From Bacilli bacterium (lineage in GTDB: Bacteria; Bacillota_I; Bacilli_A; RFN20; CAG-826), in NCBI GenBank assembly GCA_017534425.1, contig JAFXWB010000007.1, positions 17,550-81,549 on the forward strand: a DNA stretch of 64,000 bases, in the 5' to 3' direction. The translations under genes were made by a program, and so were the position numbers. Positions 56,676-64,000 of this stretch are shown one piece after another; position 1 is the first letter of the stretch; each line of letters starts with the position of its first letter. The notes under the pieces were generated by a model. It saw only the letters and a list, made by a program, of their open reading frames with translations. It was not told the DNA's origin and ran no database searches.

Positions 56676-57848
56676 CTATAAATTACATGAATCGAAGAAT
56701 CTACGTTCGATTTTGGCATTTTCTTTCCTAAAGGAAAGGTTATTTAACAACTGATTGTAAGAAACAAACCCTGCATAATACATTACAAAGTGGAAAATAA
56801 CAAAGTTACATCCAATGTTTTGTGTCACAAACATCATCGCTACTGCAAAAGCAAAAGACAAAAAGATGTAAAAGATTTCTTTTATTCCTTCTTTAAACAT
56901 TAGTTTATCAGCCTTGAAGCTTGCCTCGATCGCCAAATCTTTTACTGAACTAGCATCTTTAAATGCTTGATTTTCAAGTTCGCCTATACGATTTTTAGTT
57001 TCTTCACCACTTTTTGAAAACATGATTAATTCTAGGAGTTTAAATAAAATTAAAGCTAATAGAACAAACACATTTCTAAAATCATTGAAGCAAAGCAAAA
57101 ATGTAACAGTAAACGCTAATAAAATCGATGCCAAAGTTTGACGATTGCAGGTGAAAAATTGTTTTTTAAATTCATTAAATTGAATGTACTTATCTTTAGT
57201 ACAATTTTTCTTTAATTCAAAGTATTTTGGAATATACTCCTTATCAAAAGTATAAACAAGTTTATAAAGAATACATTTTTCTGCTATTTGAGTGCACACA
57301 AACAGAACTAGAAATGCCAATGAAAATAAGAAGTTTTCACTCTTGTTGAGTAGATAAAAAGCCGCAATTAATAGACCTGCCGAAAATAGAGAAACTAATG
57401 AACTGAGTAAATTTAGTTTTGGAGAAATAACATGTTGTCTATATTTCTCAATTTTAATTACATTTTCAGGATTTTCTGCCTCCAGTACAACACATCTCCA
57501 TCTTCTTAAAAACTCATCTTTCTTCATTTTTACTACACCACGACCAGGGTCATAAATGATAAGACTCTTTTTCTTTCTTTTCTTCACCATAACAACGTGG
57601 TTATCGTCAATTAGAGTTAAAGATGGAGTTTTAATACAATCGAAATATTCTTTTGTGCAACCGCTTCCTTCTAAAGTTACTCCATAAGTTTTACTTATTT
57701 GCACTAAATCATCGAGACTATAATATTCGCGCTTAGTGGGCTTAGGAATAAAAAGATATGATTTGTCTTTAGCAAGTGTAGCCAAAAGCATTTTTAGTGA
57801 GGCAAAACCACAATCATGATCGTTGCCTTGATAGATAAAGTACTTCAT
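56676..57848 (-). CDS. C39 peptidase domain fused to a ~6-TM PCAT-like membrane domain, no ABC ATPase domain
   Basis: The start is taken at the ATG at 57848, 8 nt after SD GAAGGGGG. The catalytic set Q7/C13 (YQGNDHDCGFASLKMLL), His (DDNHVVMV) and Asp 16 residues later (IIYDPGRG) is present. Hydrophobic helices follow to the C-terminus at 390 aa. No Walker motifs. Confidence 0.75.
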   Translation of the reverse strand: MKYFIYQGNDHDCGFASLKMLLATLAKDKSYLFIPKPTKREYYSLDDLVQISKTYGVTLEGSGCTKEYFDCIKTPSLTLIDDNHVVMVKKRKKKSLIIYDPGRGVVKMKKDEFLRRWRCVVLEAENPENVIKIEKYRQHVISPKLNLLSSLVSLFSAGLLIAAFYLLNKSENFLFSLAFLVLFVCTQIAEKCILYKLVYTFDKEYIPKYFELKKNCTKDKYIQFNEFKKQFFTCNRQTLASILLAFTVTFLLCFNDFRNVFVLLALILFKLLELIMFSKSGEETKNRIGELENQAFKDASSVKDLAIEASFKADKLMFKEGIKEIFYIFLSFAFAVAMMFVTQNIGCNFVIFHFVMYYAGFVSYNQLLNNLSFRKENAKIERRFFDSCNL

Positions 57849-57996
57849 AAATACTTCCCCCTTCACTATATCTATCCACCCAAAAAATGACTTTCTGCTA
57901 TTTTGACCTTGTTTAAAATATTTTATAAATAAAATTTTTTAATATTTTTAGAGGTCGTAAAAAACAAAAAAGAACCATTTCAGATTCCTCTAGTTT
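57822..57996 (-). repeat. Copy B of the duplicated terminator/promoter/SD/start module (partner is 1708..1885)
   Basis: The reverse complement aligns with 1708-1885. The 29-nt identical run is at 57928-57956. Confidence 0.85.
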
Positions 57997-58102
57997 AATT
58001 GGTCAAATTATTTCATATTACATCTTGTTAATTTTTCTAGGACAATCTTAGAAATAAAGGTGTTTAATATTTCATTAAATATTGCTAAAATGATTAGTAA
58101 TT

Positions 58103-59662
58103 ATGGCTATAGAAAATAAAATAACAACATTTTTAAACAAAAGAACTTGGATTATTCCTTTGTTATTCGGACTTATGTGTCTATGTTTAGTCTCATCACT
58201 TCTCGGTGTTGAACTAAAAGGTGTAAGAAATATGGATCATTTCTTGACATTTAATACTGGCGCGGAACTGGCAGCAATATTTGCTGGGGTAATGGTAACG
58301 TTTTCGATATTGCCATCTTACAAAAGACAAAGTGGCTACACTCGAGTATTCGTTTCTTTAATCGCAGTACTTTGCTTTTTAATGGCATGCGATATCGGTG
58401 AAGCTCTAGTTGATAAGATTCCTGAATTAACTTGGTTAAATAAAACTTTTGCGACTCTTGTTTGGGCAAACGAAACAGCTGTTTGGTTCTTTTTCTTTGT
58501 TTATTGTACGCACGTATTAAAGAGCCAGGGAAAAGTAATTTCGATTTCTTATTTGATTGGTGTTATTACGCTTGTAATATTTGTTTTAATTCCTGTTGTT
58601 ACAGTCGGAAATCCACTTTATTTTAAAGTTATAGACGGAGTCTATTATCGTAAAGCAGCTGGTGATCACTACTTATGGTACATTTCTCGATTTCCATCAG
58701 TCATTTTTAGTGTTTTAACAATCATTGCTATTTTCCTTTCTAAAGAAAAAATTAGAACAAAAATTATTATTTCTATTTTTATGGGACTTCCACTCGTTGC
58801 AATGGGTTCAGGTGGATATAAAACAGGCGTTGCCGTTCAATATGTCGCAATGATGATGTCTGTTGTATTAATGTTTGCGTTCTTATTTTCTGATAATGAA
58901 AAAGATTTGTTCTCTACAAATAAAGAACTTGGTCTTGCAACCAATATTCAAAAACATATGCTTCCATCAATCTTCCCTGCTTTTCCTGACAGGAAAGAAT
59001 TTGATATTTTTGCATCAATGTCACCTGCTAAGGAAGTTGGCGGAGACTTTTATGATTTCTTCTTAATAGATGATTATCATCTAGGTCTTGTCATGGCTGA
59101 CGTTTCTGATAAAGGTATCCCTGCTGCTTTATTTATGATGGCATGCAAAATCATGGTTCAAAACTATGCAATGATGGGGAAATCACCTTCTGAAGTTTTA
59201 ACTTCAGTTAATAATCAAATTTGTCAAAACAATCAAGATGAAATGTTTGTAACAATTTGGCTTGGAATTTTAGATTTAAAAACCGGTATATTAACTGCTG
59301 CCAATGCTGGTCATGAAAAACCTGCCATCCAAAATGATGAAGGCAAATTTGAATTATTTAAGGACACTCACGGATTTGTTGTGGGTTGGTATAAAGGCGT
59401 TAAATATGTTGATTATCAAGTTCAACTTAAAAAAGGAAGTAAAATCTTCCTTTATACTGACGGAGTTCCTGAGGCCACTTCTGCTAATGGACAATTTACA
59501 CGTGAAAGAATGGTAAAAACACTTAACAAGTACCGTGATATGCAACCACAAGAAATTATCCAAAATATGAAAGATGATATTGATTTGTTTGTTGGTCAAG
59601 CTGATCAATTTGATGATATAACTATGTTATGTGCAGAATTTAAAGGTTACGATAATGAATAA
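58103..59662 (+). CDS. Multi-pass membrane sensor fused to a SpoIIE/RsbU-type PP2C serine phosphatase
   Basis: The N-terminal ~265 aa carry ~7 hydrophobic helices. The C-terminal domain has GGDFYDF, MADVSDKG, LYTDG and QFDDITML motifs. Confidence 0.85.
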   Translation: MAIENKITTFLNKRTWIIPLLFGLMCLCLVSSLLGVELKGVRNMDHFLTFNTGAELAAIFAGVMVTFSILPSYKRQSGYTRVFVSLIAVLCFLMACDIGEALVDKIPELTWLNKTFATLVWANETAVWFFFFVYCTHVLKSQGKVISISYLIGVITLVIFVLIPVVTVGNPLYFKVIDGVYYRKAAGDHYLWYISRFPSVIFSVLTIIAIFLSKEKIRTKIIISIFMGLPLVAMGSGGYKTGVAVQYVAMMMSVVLMFAFLFSDNEKDLFSTNKELGLATNIQKHMLPSIFPAFPDRKEFDIFASMSPAKEVGGDFYDFFLIDDYHLGLVMADVSDKGIPAALFMMACKIMVQNYAMMGKSPSEVLTSVNNQICQNNQDEMFVTIWLGILDLKTGILTAANAGHEKPAIQNDEGKFELFKDTHGFVVGWYKGVKYVDYQVQLKKGSKIFLYTDGVPEATSANGQFTRERMVKTLNKYRDMQPQEIIQNMKDDIDLFVGQADQFDDITMLCAEFKGYDNE

Positions 59663-60062
59663 TTACCAGGTACCAGCAAACGTCGAATTAATCAATAAGA
59701 TGATAGATCCTATCATTTCTTCTCTAGAAGAAATTGAAGTTGAACATAAAAAGATTTATCAAGTAACTCTAGCATTAGAAGAGATCTTTGCTAACATTTC
59801 TAAATATGCTTACCCTTCTGGTGAAGGGATAATCGATATATTTTACGAAATCAAAAAAGACGAAAAACAACTAAAAGTTGTTATTAAAGATAAAGGCACC
59901 GCTTTTAATCCGTTAGAGAAAGAGGATCCTGATTTAGCCGCTTCAGTTTCAGAAAGAAAAATAGGTGGATTAGGTATTTATATTGTTAAAAATATTATCG
60001 ATGATATAAAATATCAACGAATCAATAATGAAAATATATTAGAACTCATTAAACAATTATAA
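59655..60062 (+). CDS. RsbW/SpoIIAB-type anti-sigma serine kinase (HATPase_c)
   Basis: N-box EEIFANISKYAY, DKGTAFNP and GGLGIYIV. ~135 aa. The ATG at 59655 overlaps the phosphatase stop. Confidence 0.8.
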   Translation: MNNYQVPANVELINKMIDPIISSLEEIEVEHKKIYQVTLALEEIFANISKYAYPSGEGIIDIFYEIKKDEKQLKVVIKDKGTAFNPLEKEDPDLAASVSERKIGGLGIYIVKNIIDDIKYQRINNENILELIKQL

Positions 60063-60077
60063 TTGGAGGGCAAAATA

Positions 60078-60374
60078 ATGACTATTAAAGAAAAAAGAGA
60101 TGGAAATAAACTTGTTGTTAGTGTTGAAGGAAGAATTGACACTAATACATCACCAGAACTTAGCGAATATTTCCAACAACATCTTAAAGATGTTAAAGAA
60201 CTTGAACTTGATTTAGAAAATGTAAATTATGTTTCATCAGCAGGTTTAAGAACCATTCTTTTTGCCCAAAAAACGATGGATAAACAAGGCAAGATGGTTG
60301 TTTCACATGTTTGCAAAGAAATCATGGAAACATTTGAATTAACTTGCTTCACTGACATTTTAACAATTATCTAA
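60078..60374 (+). CDS. STAS-domain anti-sigma-factor antagonist (RsbV/SpoIIAA-like)
   Basis: 98 aa with the phosphorylatable-serine motif NYVSSAGL. The ATG at 60078 follows a GGAGGG SD. Confidence 0.82.
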   Translation: MTIKEKRDGNKLVVSVEGRIDTNTSPELSEYFQQHLKDVKELELDLENVNYVSSAGLRTILFAQKTMDKQGKMVVSHVCKEIMETFELTCFTDILTII

Positions 60375-60394
60375 TTTCTTATAAAATAAGAAAC

Positions 60395-60427
60395 AAAAAG
60401 AAGGCCGATTAATCGACCTTCTTTTTA
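60395..60427. terminator. Bidirectional intrinsic terminator between the STAS gene and rpsU
   Basis: agaaggccgat-ta-atcgaccttct hairpin flanked by A-run and T-run. Confidence 0.8.
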
Positions 60428-60436
60428 AATGCTTAA

Positions 60437-60610
60437 TTAGTAAGTTTTACGACGAGCCATCTCTGATTTGCGTTTTCTCTTCAAACCTTTTTTGAGATAG
60501 AATTCTCTTTTACGTGCTTCAAGAAGAACACCGGATTTGTTGACTTGTCTTTTGAAACGACGAAGAGCTTCGTCTAATTGTTCATTTTCTCTAACGACAA
60601 TTTTTGGCAT
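60437..60610 (-). CDS. rpsU: 30S ribosomal protein S21 (below the ORF-track length cutoff)
   Basis: Manual minus-strand translation gives [65 protein letters not shown] lies upstream. Confidence 0.9.
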   Translation of the reverse strand: MPKIVVRENEQLDEALRRFKRQVNKSGVLLEARKREFYLKKGLKRKRKSEMARRKTY

Positions 60611-60651
60611 TTTTTTCTCACTTCCTTTCGTACGTAACGGGAATAATTATA

Positions 60652-61296
60652 TTATTCTCCTTTGACAATTGCAACACCACATGATGCGCCAATACGAGAT
60701 GCACCAGCTTCGATCATTGCTTCGGCTTCTTGTTTGTTATGAATTCCGCCGCTTGCTTTGACACCAATATTTGGTCCGACTGCTGCTCTCATTAATCTGA
60801 CTGCTTCGATTGTAGCGCCGCATTTTGAGAAACCTGTAGATGTTTTAACATAATCTGCACCAGCTCTAACGCAAGCTTTTGAACATTCGGTAATTTCTTC
60901 ATCTGTTAATAAGCAGGTTTCGAGAATTACTTTTAGTAAAATCTTTCCACAAGCCTTTTTAACAAGTCTTACTTCGTCTTCAATATAAGCGTAATTATGC
61001 TCTTTAGCCATAGAATCGTTTAAGACCATATCGACTTCTGTAGCACCTGCTTTGATAGCAAGTTTTGCTTCGTAAGCTTTGCTTTCTGGTAATGTTGCAC
61101 CTAATGGGAAACCAACGACTGTGCAAACTTTGACATCTGTGCCTTTAAGTTCTTTTGCGGCTAGAGGTACAAAGCCTGGGTTTACGCATACGGATGCGAA
61201 ATGATATTCTTTTGCTTCTGCACACAATTTAATGATTGCTTCGGTTGAGGCATCTTGTTTGAGAAGGGTGTGATCAATCATTCTTGCGATTTCCAT
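60652..61296 (-). CDS. deoC: Deoxyribose-phosphate aldolase
   Basis: IDHTLLK, VCV.P and a Schiff-base Lys context (VKTSTGF). 214 aa. Confidence 0.92.
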   Translation of the reverse strand: MEIARMIDHTLLKQDASTEAIIKLCAEAKEYHFASVCVNPGFVPLAAKELKGTDVKVCTVVGFPLGATLPESKAYEAKLAIKAGATEVDMVLNDSMAKEHNYAYIEDEVRLVKKACGKILLKVILETCLLTDEEITECSKACVRAGADYVKTSTGFSKCGATIEAVRLMRAAVGPNIGVKASGGIHNKQEAEAMIEAGASRIGASCGVAIVKGE

Positions 61297-61321
61297 GAGT
61301 TTCTCCTTTTAATAACTTAAG

Positions 61322-61516
61322 TTATTTATCTTCTTTTTCAGCTTTCTTACTAACAACTTGTTTGCCATTGTAATATCCACACATTGGGCAAACGTTGTGT
61401 GATTTAATCATTGCACCACAATTTGGGCATTTAACTAATCCTGAGACTGAGAGTTTGAAATGGGTTCTTCTCATTCTCTTTGCTGTTTTCGAAGTTCTCC
61501 TGAATGGTACTGCCAT
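61322..61516 (-). CDS. rpmF: 50S ribosomal protein L32
   Basis: [12 protein letters not shown] and a C.NCG...H..C..CG zinc ribbon. Confidence 0.92.
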   Translation of the reverse strand: MAVPFRRTSKTAKRMRRTHFKLSVSGLVKCPNCGAMIKSHNVCPMCGYYNGKQVVSKKAEKEDK

Positions 61517-61617
61517 ACATATTTCCTCCTTACGACCGTGTAATATTATATATTAGTCAAGAAGGTAATCAAACATTTTTCATACTATGTACAAAATTCT
61601 TTTAAATTATTTAGATT

Positions 61618-62865
61618 TTATCGAACTTTTATTTTGTGAATTTTGCCAATATATTCATCAGGTAAGTCAGCCTCTAATTTTATATAATTAGATGTGAATC
61701 CGCTTAAGAGACCTGTAGTTTTATTTCTTTCCTCAAGGATGACTTCAAGTTCTTGTCCTTTGAATCTATTTACATAATTTTTATGTAATTCTTCAGAAAG
61801 CTTAATAAGCTTATCAACACGAGCGGCTTTAACTTCTGGTTTTACTTGATCCGGCATTGAGTACGCCTTTGTTCCTTCACGAGCGCTAAACGGGAACACA
61901 TGTAATTCAGCAAAATTGACTTTTTTAATGAAATCATAGGTCTCTTGGAACTCTTCTTCGGTCTCTCCAGGGAAACCAACGATAACATCAGTCGTTATAG
62001 AGATATTTGGTAGAATTTTAGTAATTTTATTAACTTTGTTAATATAATCTTCAACGTTATATTTTCGACACATTCTTTTTAAGACTGTTTTTGAACCACT
62101 TTGAAGAGGCATGTGAAGGTGCTGAGCAATACATGGATACTTTGCCAACAATTCTAAGAACTTGTCATCAATTTCACTCTCTTCAATTGAGGAAATTCTT
62201 AGTCTATATAATCCAGGGATATTACATATCTCCTCAACTAATTCAGAAAAAGAACAACCTTTATTATCAAGCCCATAATGAGCTGTATGAATTCCGGTTA
62301 ATACAATCTCTTTGAATCCATGTTCTACTAGAGTAGAAATTTCATTGATTACTTCATCTTTGTCTCTTGAACGAGCGACTCCACGTGTGTAGGGAATTGT
62401 GCAATATGAACAAAAATTGTTGCAGCCATCCTCGATTTTTACATACGCACGTGTAGAATTTGGAATTGCTACTGTTCCGAAAGATTCATATTTAAATTTT
62501 CTAGGATCTTCATCAATGGCAACAATTTGTTTTTTATCTTTGATAAACTCTTTAATAAAATCGACAATTTTGTTTCTATTGGATGTTCCAACGACAATAT
62601 CAGCACTACATTCTTTCTTAACGTATTCAGCATTCTTTTGCGAATAGCAACCCATAACGCATAAAATTGCGTTAGGCGCATTTCTACGCTCCCTACGTAT
62701 AATTTGACGTGATTTCTGATCTGCGACTGCCGTCACTGAACAAGTATTAATTACGACAATGTCGTATTCTCCATCCTCTTTTATTCCGTTTTTTAAAAAG
62801 AGCTCCTTAAGAGCATTGCTTTCATATGAGTTGACTTTACAGCCAAGAGATATAAATTTAAGCAT
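61618..62865 (-). CDS. mtaB: Radical-SAM methylthiotransferase, MtaB (YqeV) type
   Basis: UPF0004 N-domain (LGCKVN..ES), radical SAM CNNFCSYC and a TRAM-like C-terminus. Adjacent to rsmE, as yqeV is. Confidence 0.8.
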   Translation of the reverse strand: MLKFISLGCKVNSYESNALKELFLKNGIKEDGEYDIVVINTCSVTAVADQKSRQIIRRERRNAPNAILCVMGCYSQKNAEYVKKECSADIVVGTSNRNKIVDFIKEFIKDKKQIVAIDEDPRKFKYESFGTVAIPNSTRAYVKIEDGCNNFCSYCTIPYTRGVARSRDKDEVINEISTLVEHGFKEIVLTGIHTAHYGLDNKGCSFSELVEEICNIPGLYRLRISSIEESEIDDKFLELLAKYPCIAQHLHMPLQSGSKTVLKRMCRKYNVEDYINKVNKITKILPNISITTDVIVGFPGETEEEFQETYDFIKKVNFAELHVFPFSAREGTKAYSMPDQVKPEVKAARVDKLIKLSEELHKNYVNRFKGQELEVILEERNKTTGLLSGFTSNYIKLEADLPDEYIGKIHKIKVR

Positions 62866-63583
62866 TCTTTTTCTCTAAATGATTAGCGATTACGCTTAAA
62901 GCGTAGAATGCTGCAGTTTCAGCACGTAAGATTCTCTTTCCGAGACTTACTTTCTTGTAACCAAGGTGCATTGCAAGTTCAACTTCGTGTTCAGCAAAAC
63001 CGCCTTCAGGACCAATTAAAACAGCAACTTTTTTACCTGGTTTAATAGATTCAACAACTTTGTTGAAAGAGTTGGTTGGACCAGCTTCTTCTTCGTATGC
63101 AATCATCTTGATATCAGCATCGACATCACTAAGATGATCGAAGTCAATTATTCTAAATAAGTGTGGAATTACACTTCTTCTAGATTGTTCAGCAGCTTCT
63201 TTAAGAATAGCGTTAAAACGCTTAATCTTAACTTCTTTTTCATCTTTCTTAAACTTAACAACAGTGCGTTCTGTTTCAAGTAAAACAATTTCATCAACAC
63301 CTAGTTCTGTAGCCTTTTGAAGAACAAGGTCCATCTTGTCTCCCTTAATTAAAGCGGCGATTAAGACGATTTTATTTGGTAGCTCGTTATTTTCCTTGAG
63401 ACGACGCACAACGTCGATTTCTAGGGGCTTAAAACGGTTAATTTGGGCAAGATAGACTTCGCCCTCGTTGACAACTTCGATTTTTTCGCCTACTTTTGCC
63501 CTCATGACGCGGGTCAAATGAAAAACATCTTTGTCTTCAAGTAAAACTTGGCGACCGATAATTTTGCCAAAATATCTTTGCAT
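62858..63583 (-). CDS. rsmE: 16S rRNA (uracil1498-N3)-methyltransferase RsmE
   Basis: MQRYF start, PUA-like N-domain, SPOUT C-terminus (IGPEGGF...LG.RILR.ETA). Confidence 0.88.
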   Translation of the reverse strand: MQRYFGKIIGRQVLLEDKDVFHLTRVMRAKVGEKIEVVNEGEVYLAQINRFKPLEIDVVRRLKENNELPNKIVLIAALIKGDKMDLVLQKATELGVDEIVLLETERTVVKFKKDEKEVKIKRFNAILKEAAEQSRRSVIPHLFRIIDFDHLSDVDADIKMIAYEEEAGPTNSFNKVVESIKPGKKVAVLIGPEGGFAEHEVELAMHLGYKKVSLGKRILRAETAAFYALSVIANHLEKKNA

Positions 63584-63584
63584 A

Positions 63585-64000
63585 TTATTCTAAGAACTCT
63601 CCATGTGAATCTTGGATGTTGTGTTTTGTTAAATACATAACTGCAGTAAATAAGCTATAAGCTTCTACCACAAAATAAGGAATTAAGAATGCAAAAACGC
63701 TTTGCCATTTAACGGCAAAGAACAAAATAAAACCAACTCCACCAATTAATGCTAAACAAATACAGGCTGTAAGAAAACCTTTCTTAACTTTGCCTAAGTA
63801 GAAATGTGGAGCGCCTAAAAATCCAAAGAGAACTGCTAAAATAGCAGCAACAACTCTCTTTTTGTGTTTAATTTCAACAGCATTTTCTAATTGGTCAACG
63901 ATCTTTGTCACGTCTTGTGTAGAAGTATCTGTACCATCTAATGGTCTTTTTCCACCGCAAAATGGACAAACTTCTTTGTCGATACGAGTAATAGATGCGT
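63585..64000 (-). CDS. TM2-domain membrane protein, apparently with an N-terminal zinc-ribbon-like segment (5' end beyond window)
   Basis: TM2 motif FGFLGAPHFYLG. The minus-strand frame stays open upstream of the listed GTG to the window edge (..HLLLVSTKKFVHFCGGKRPLDGTDTSTQD-VTKIV..). Confidence 0.6.
   Translation of the reverse strand, partial: ASITRIDKEVCPFCGGKRPLDGTDTSTQDVTKIVDQLENAVEIKHKKRVVAAILAVLFGFLGAPHFYLGKVKKGFLTACICLALIGGVGFILFFAVKWQSVFAFLIPYFVVEAYSLFTAVMYLTKHNIQDSHGEFLE

Noticed and set aside
58047-58069. AT-only inverted repeat aatattt-catt-aaatatt upstream of the PP2C gene as an operator.
   Set aside because: A short palindrome made only of A/T is expected by chance in this composition. 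There is no second copy or supporting context.
1-64000. CRISPR arrays, IS elements, rRNA/tRNA genes and obvious defence systems (RM, TA, CBASS, retron).
   Set aside because: I saw no regularly spaced direct repeats, no transposase- or integrase-like ORFs other than xerD, and no GC-rich tRNA/rRNA-like segments. Nearly all ORFs are recognisable housekeeping genes.

Overview
Low-GC, gene-dense chromosomal window. TGA is used as a stop codon, so this is genetic code 11.

Gene order closely follows the Bacillus/Firmicutes backbones:
- alaS-ruvX, then radC-rplU-prp-rpmA-obg.
- ruvAB-secDF-recJ-relA-hisS-aspS.
- nusB-xseAB-dxs, xerD-deoB, and yqeG-yqeH-nadD.
- parEC-plsY.
- nfo-cshB-ispH-yqfO-trmK-sigA-dnaG-glyQS-recO-era-cdd-ybeY.
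- rpsU, mtaB and rsmE.

The cell-wall and shape genes normally found between radC and rplU (mreBCD, minCD) are absent. Lipoproteins are inserted instead. This suggests a wall-less, Acholeplasma-like or Erysipelotrichia-like Mollicute relative (inference). MEP-pathway genes dxs, ispG and ispH are present. I saw no rRNA, tRNA, CRISPR, transposase or prophage genes.

Most interesting signals:
1. A ~170-bp module (terminator hairpin, AT-rich promoter block, SD and the first codons) occurs twice in inverted orientation 56 kb apart. It links a 58-codon membrane peptide ORF to a C39-peptidase/PCAT-like membrane protein that has no ABC ATPase domain. The peptide ends in PGG-WKFSWK and is translationally coupled to JAB-domain radC.
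2. The C39 gene lies back-to-back with a sigma-less partner-switching cassette: a multi-TM SpoIIE/PP2C phosphatase, an RsbW-like kinase and a STAS antagonist. Together they form an island that interrupts the conserved rpsU...ybeY backbone.
3. A 22-23-nt TAGTAGAnAnTTAGTAGTTTTAT element occurs three times, each just after a plus-strand stop codon.
4. A GC-rich structured RNA candidate with its own intrinsic terminator lies between radC and the rplU promoter.
5. A 390-nt ORF-poor spacer carries 17-nt direct repeats and an SD-led mini-ORF.

All calls come from reading the sequence and ORF translations. No database search was run.
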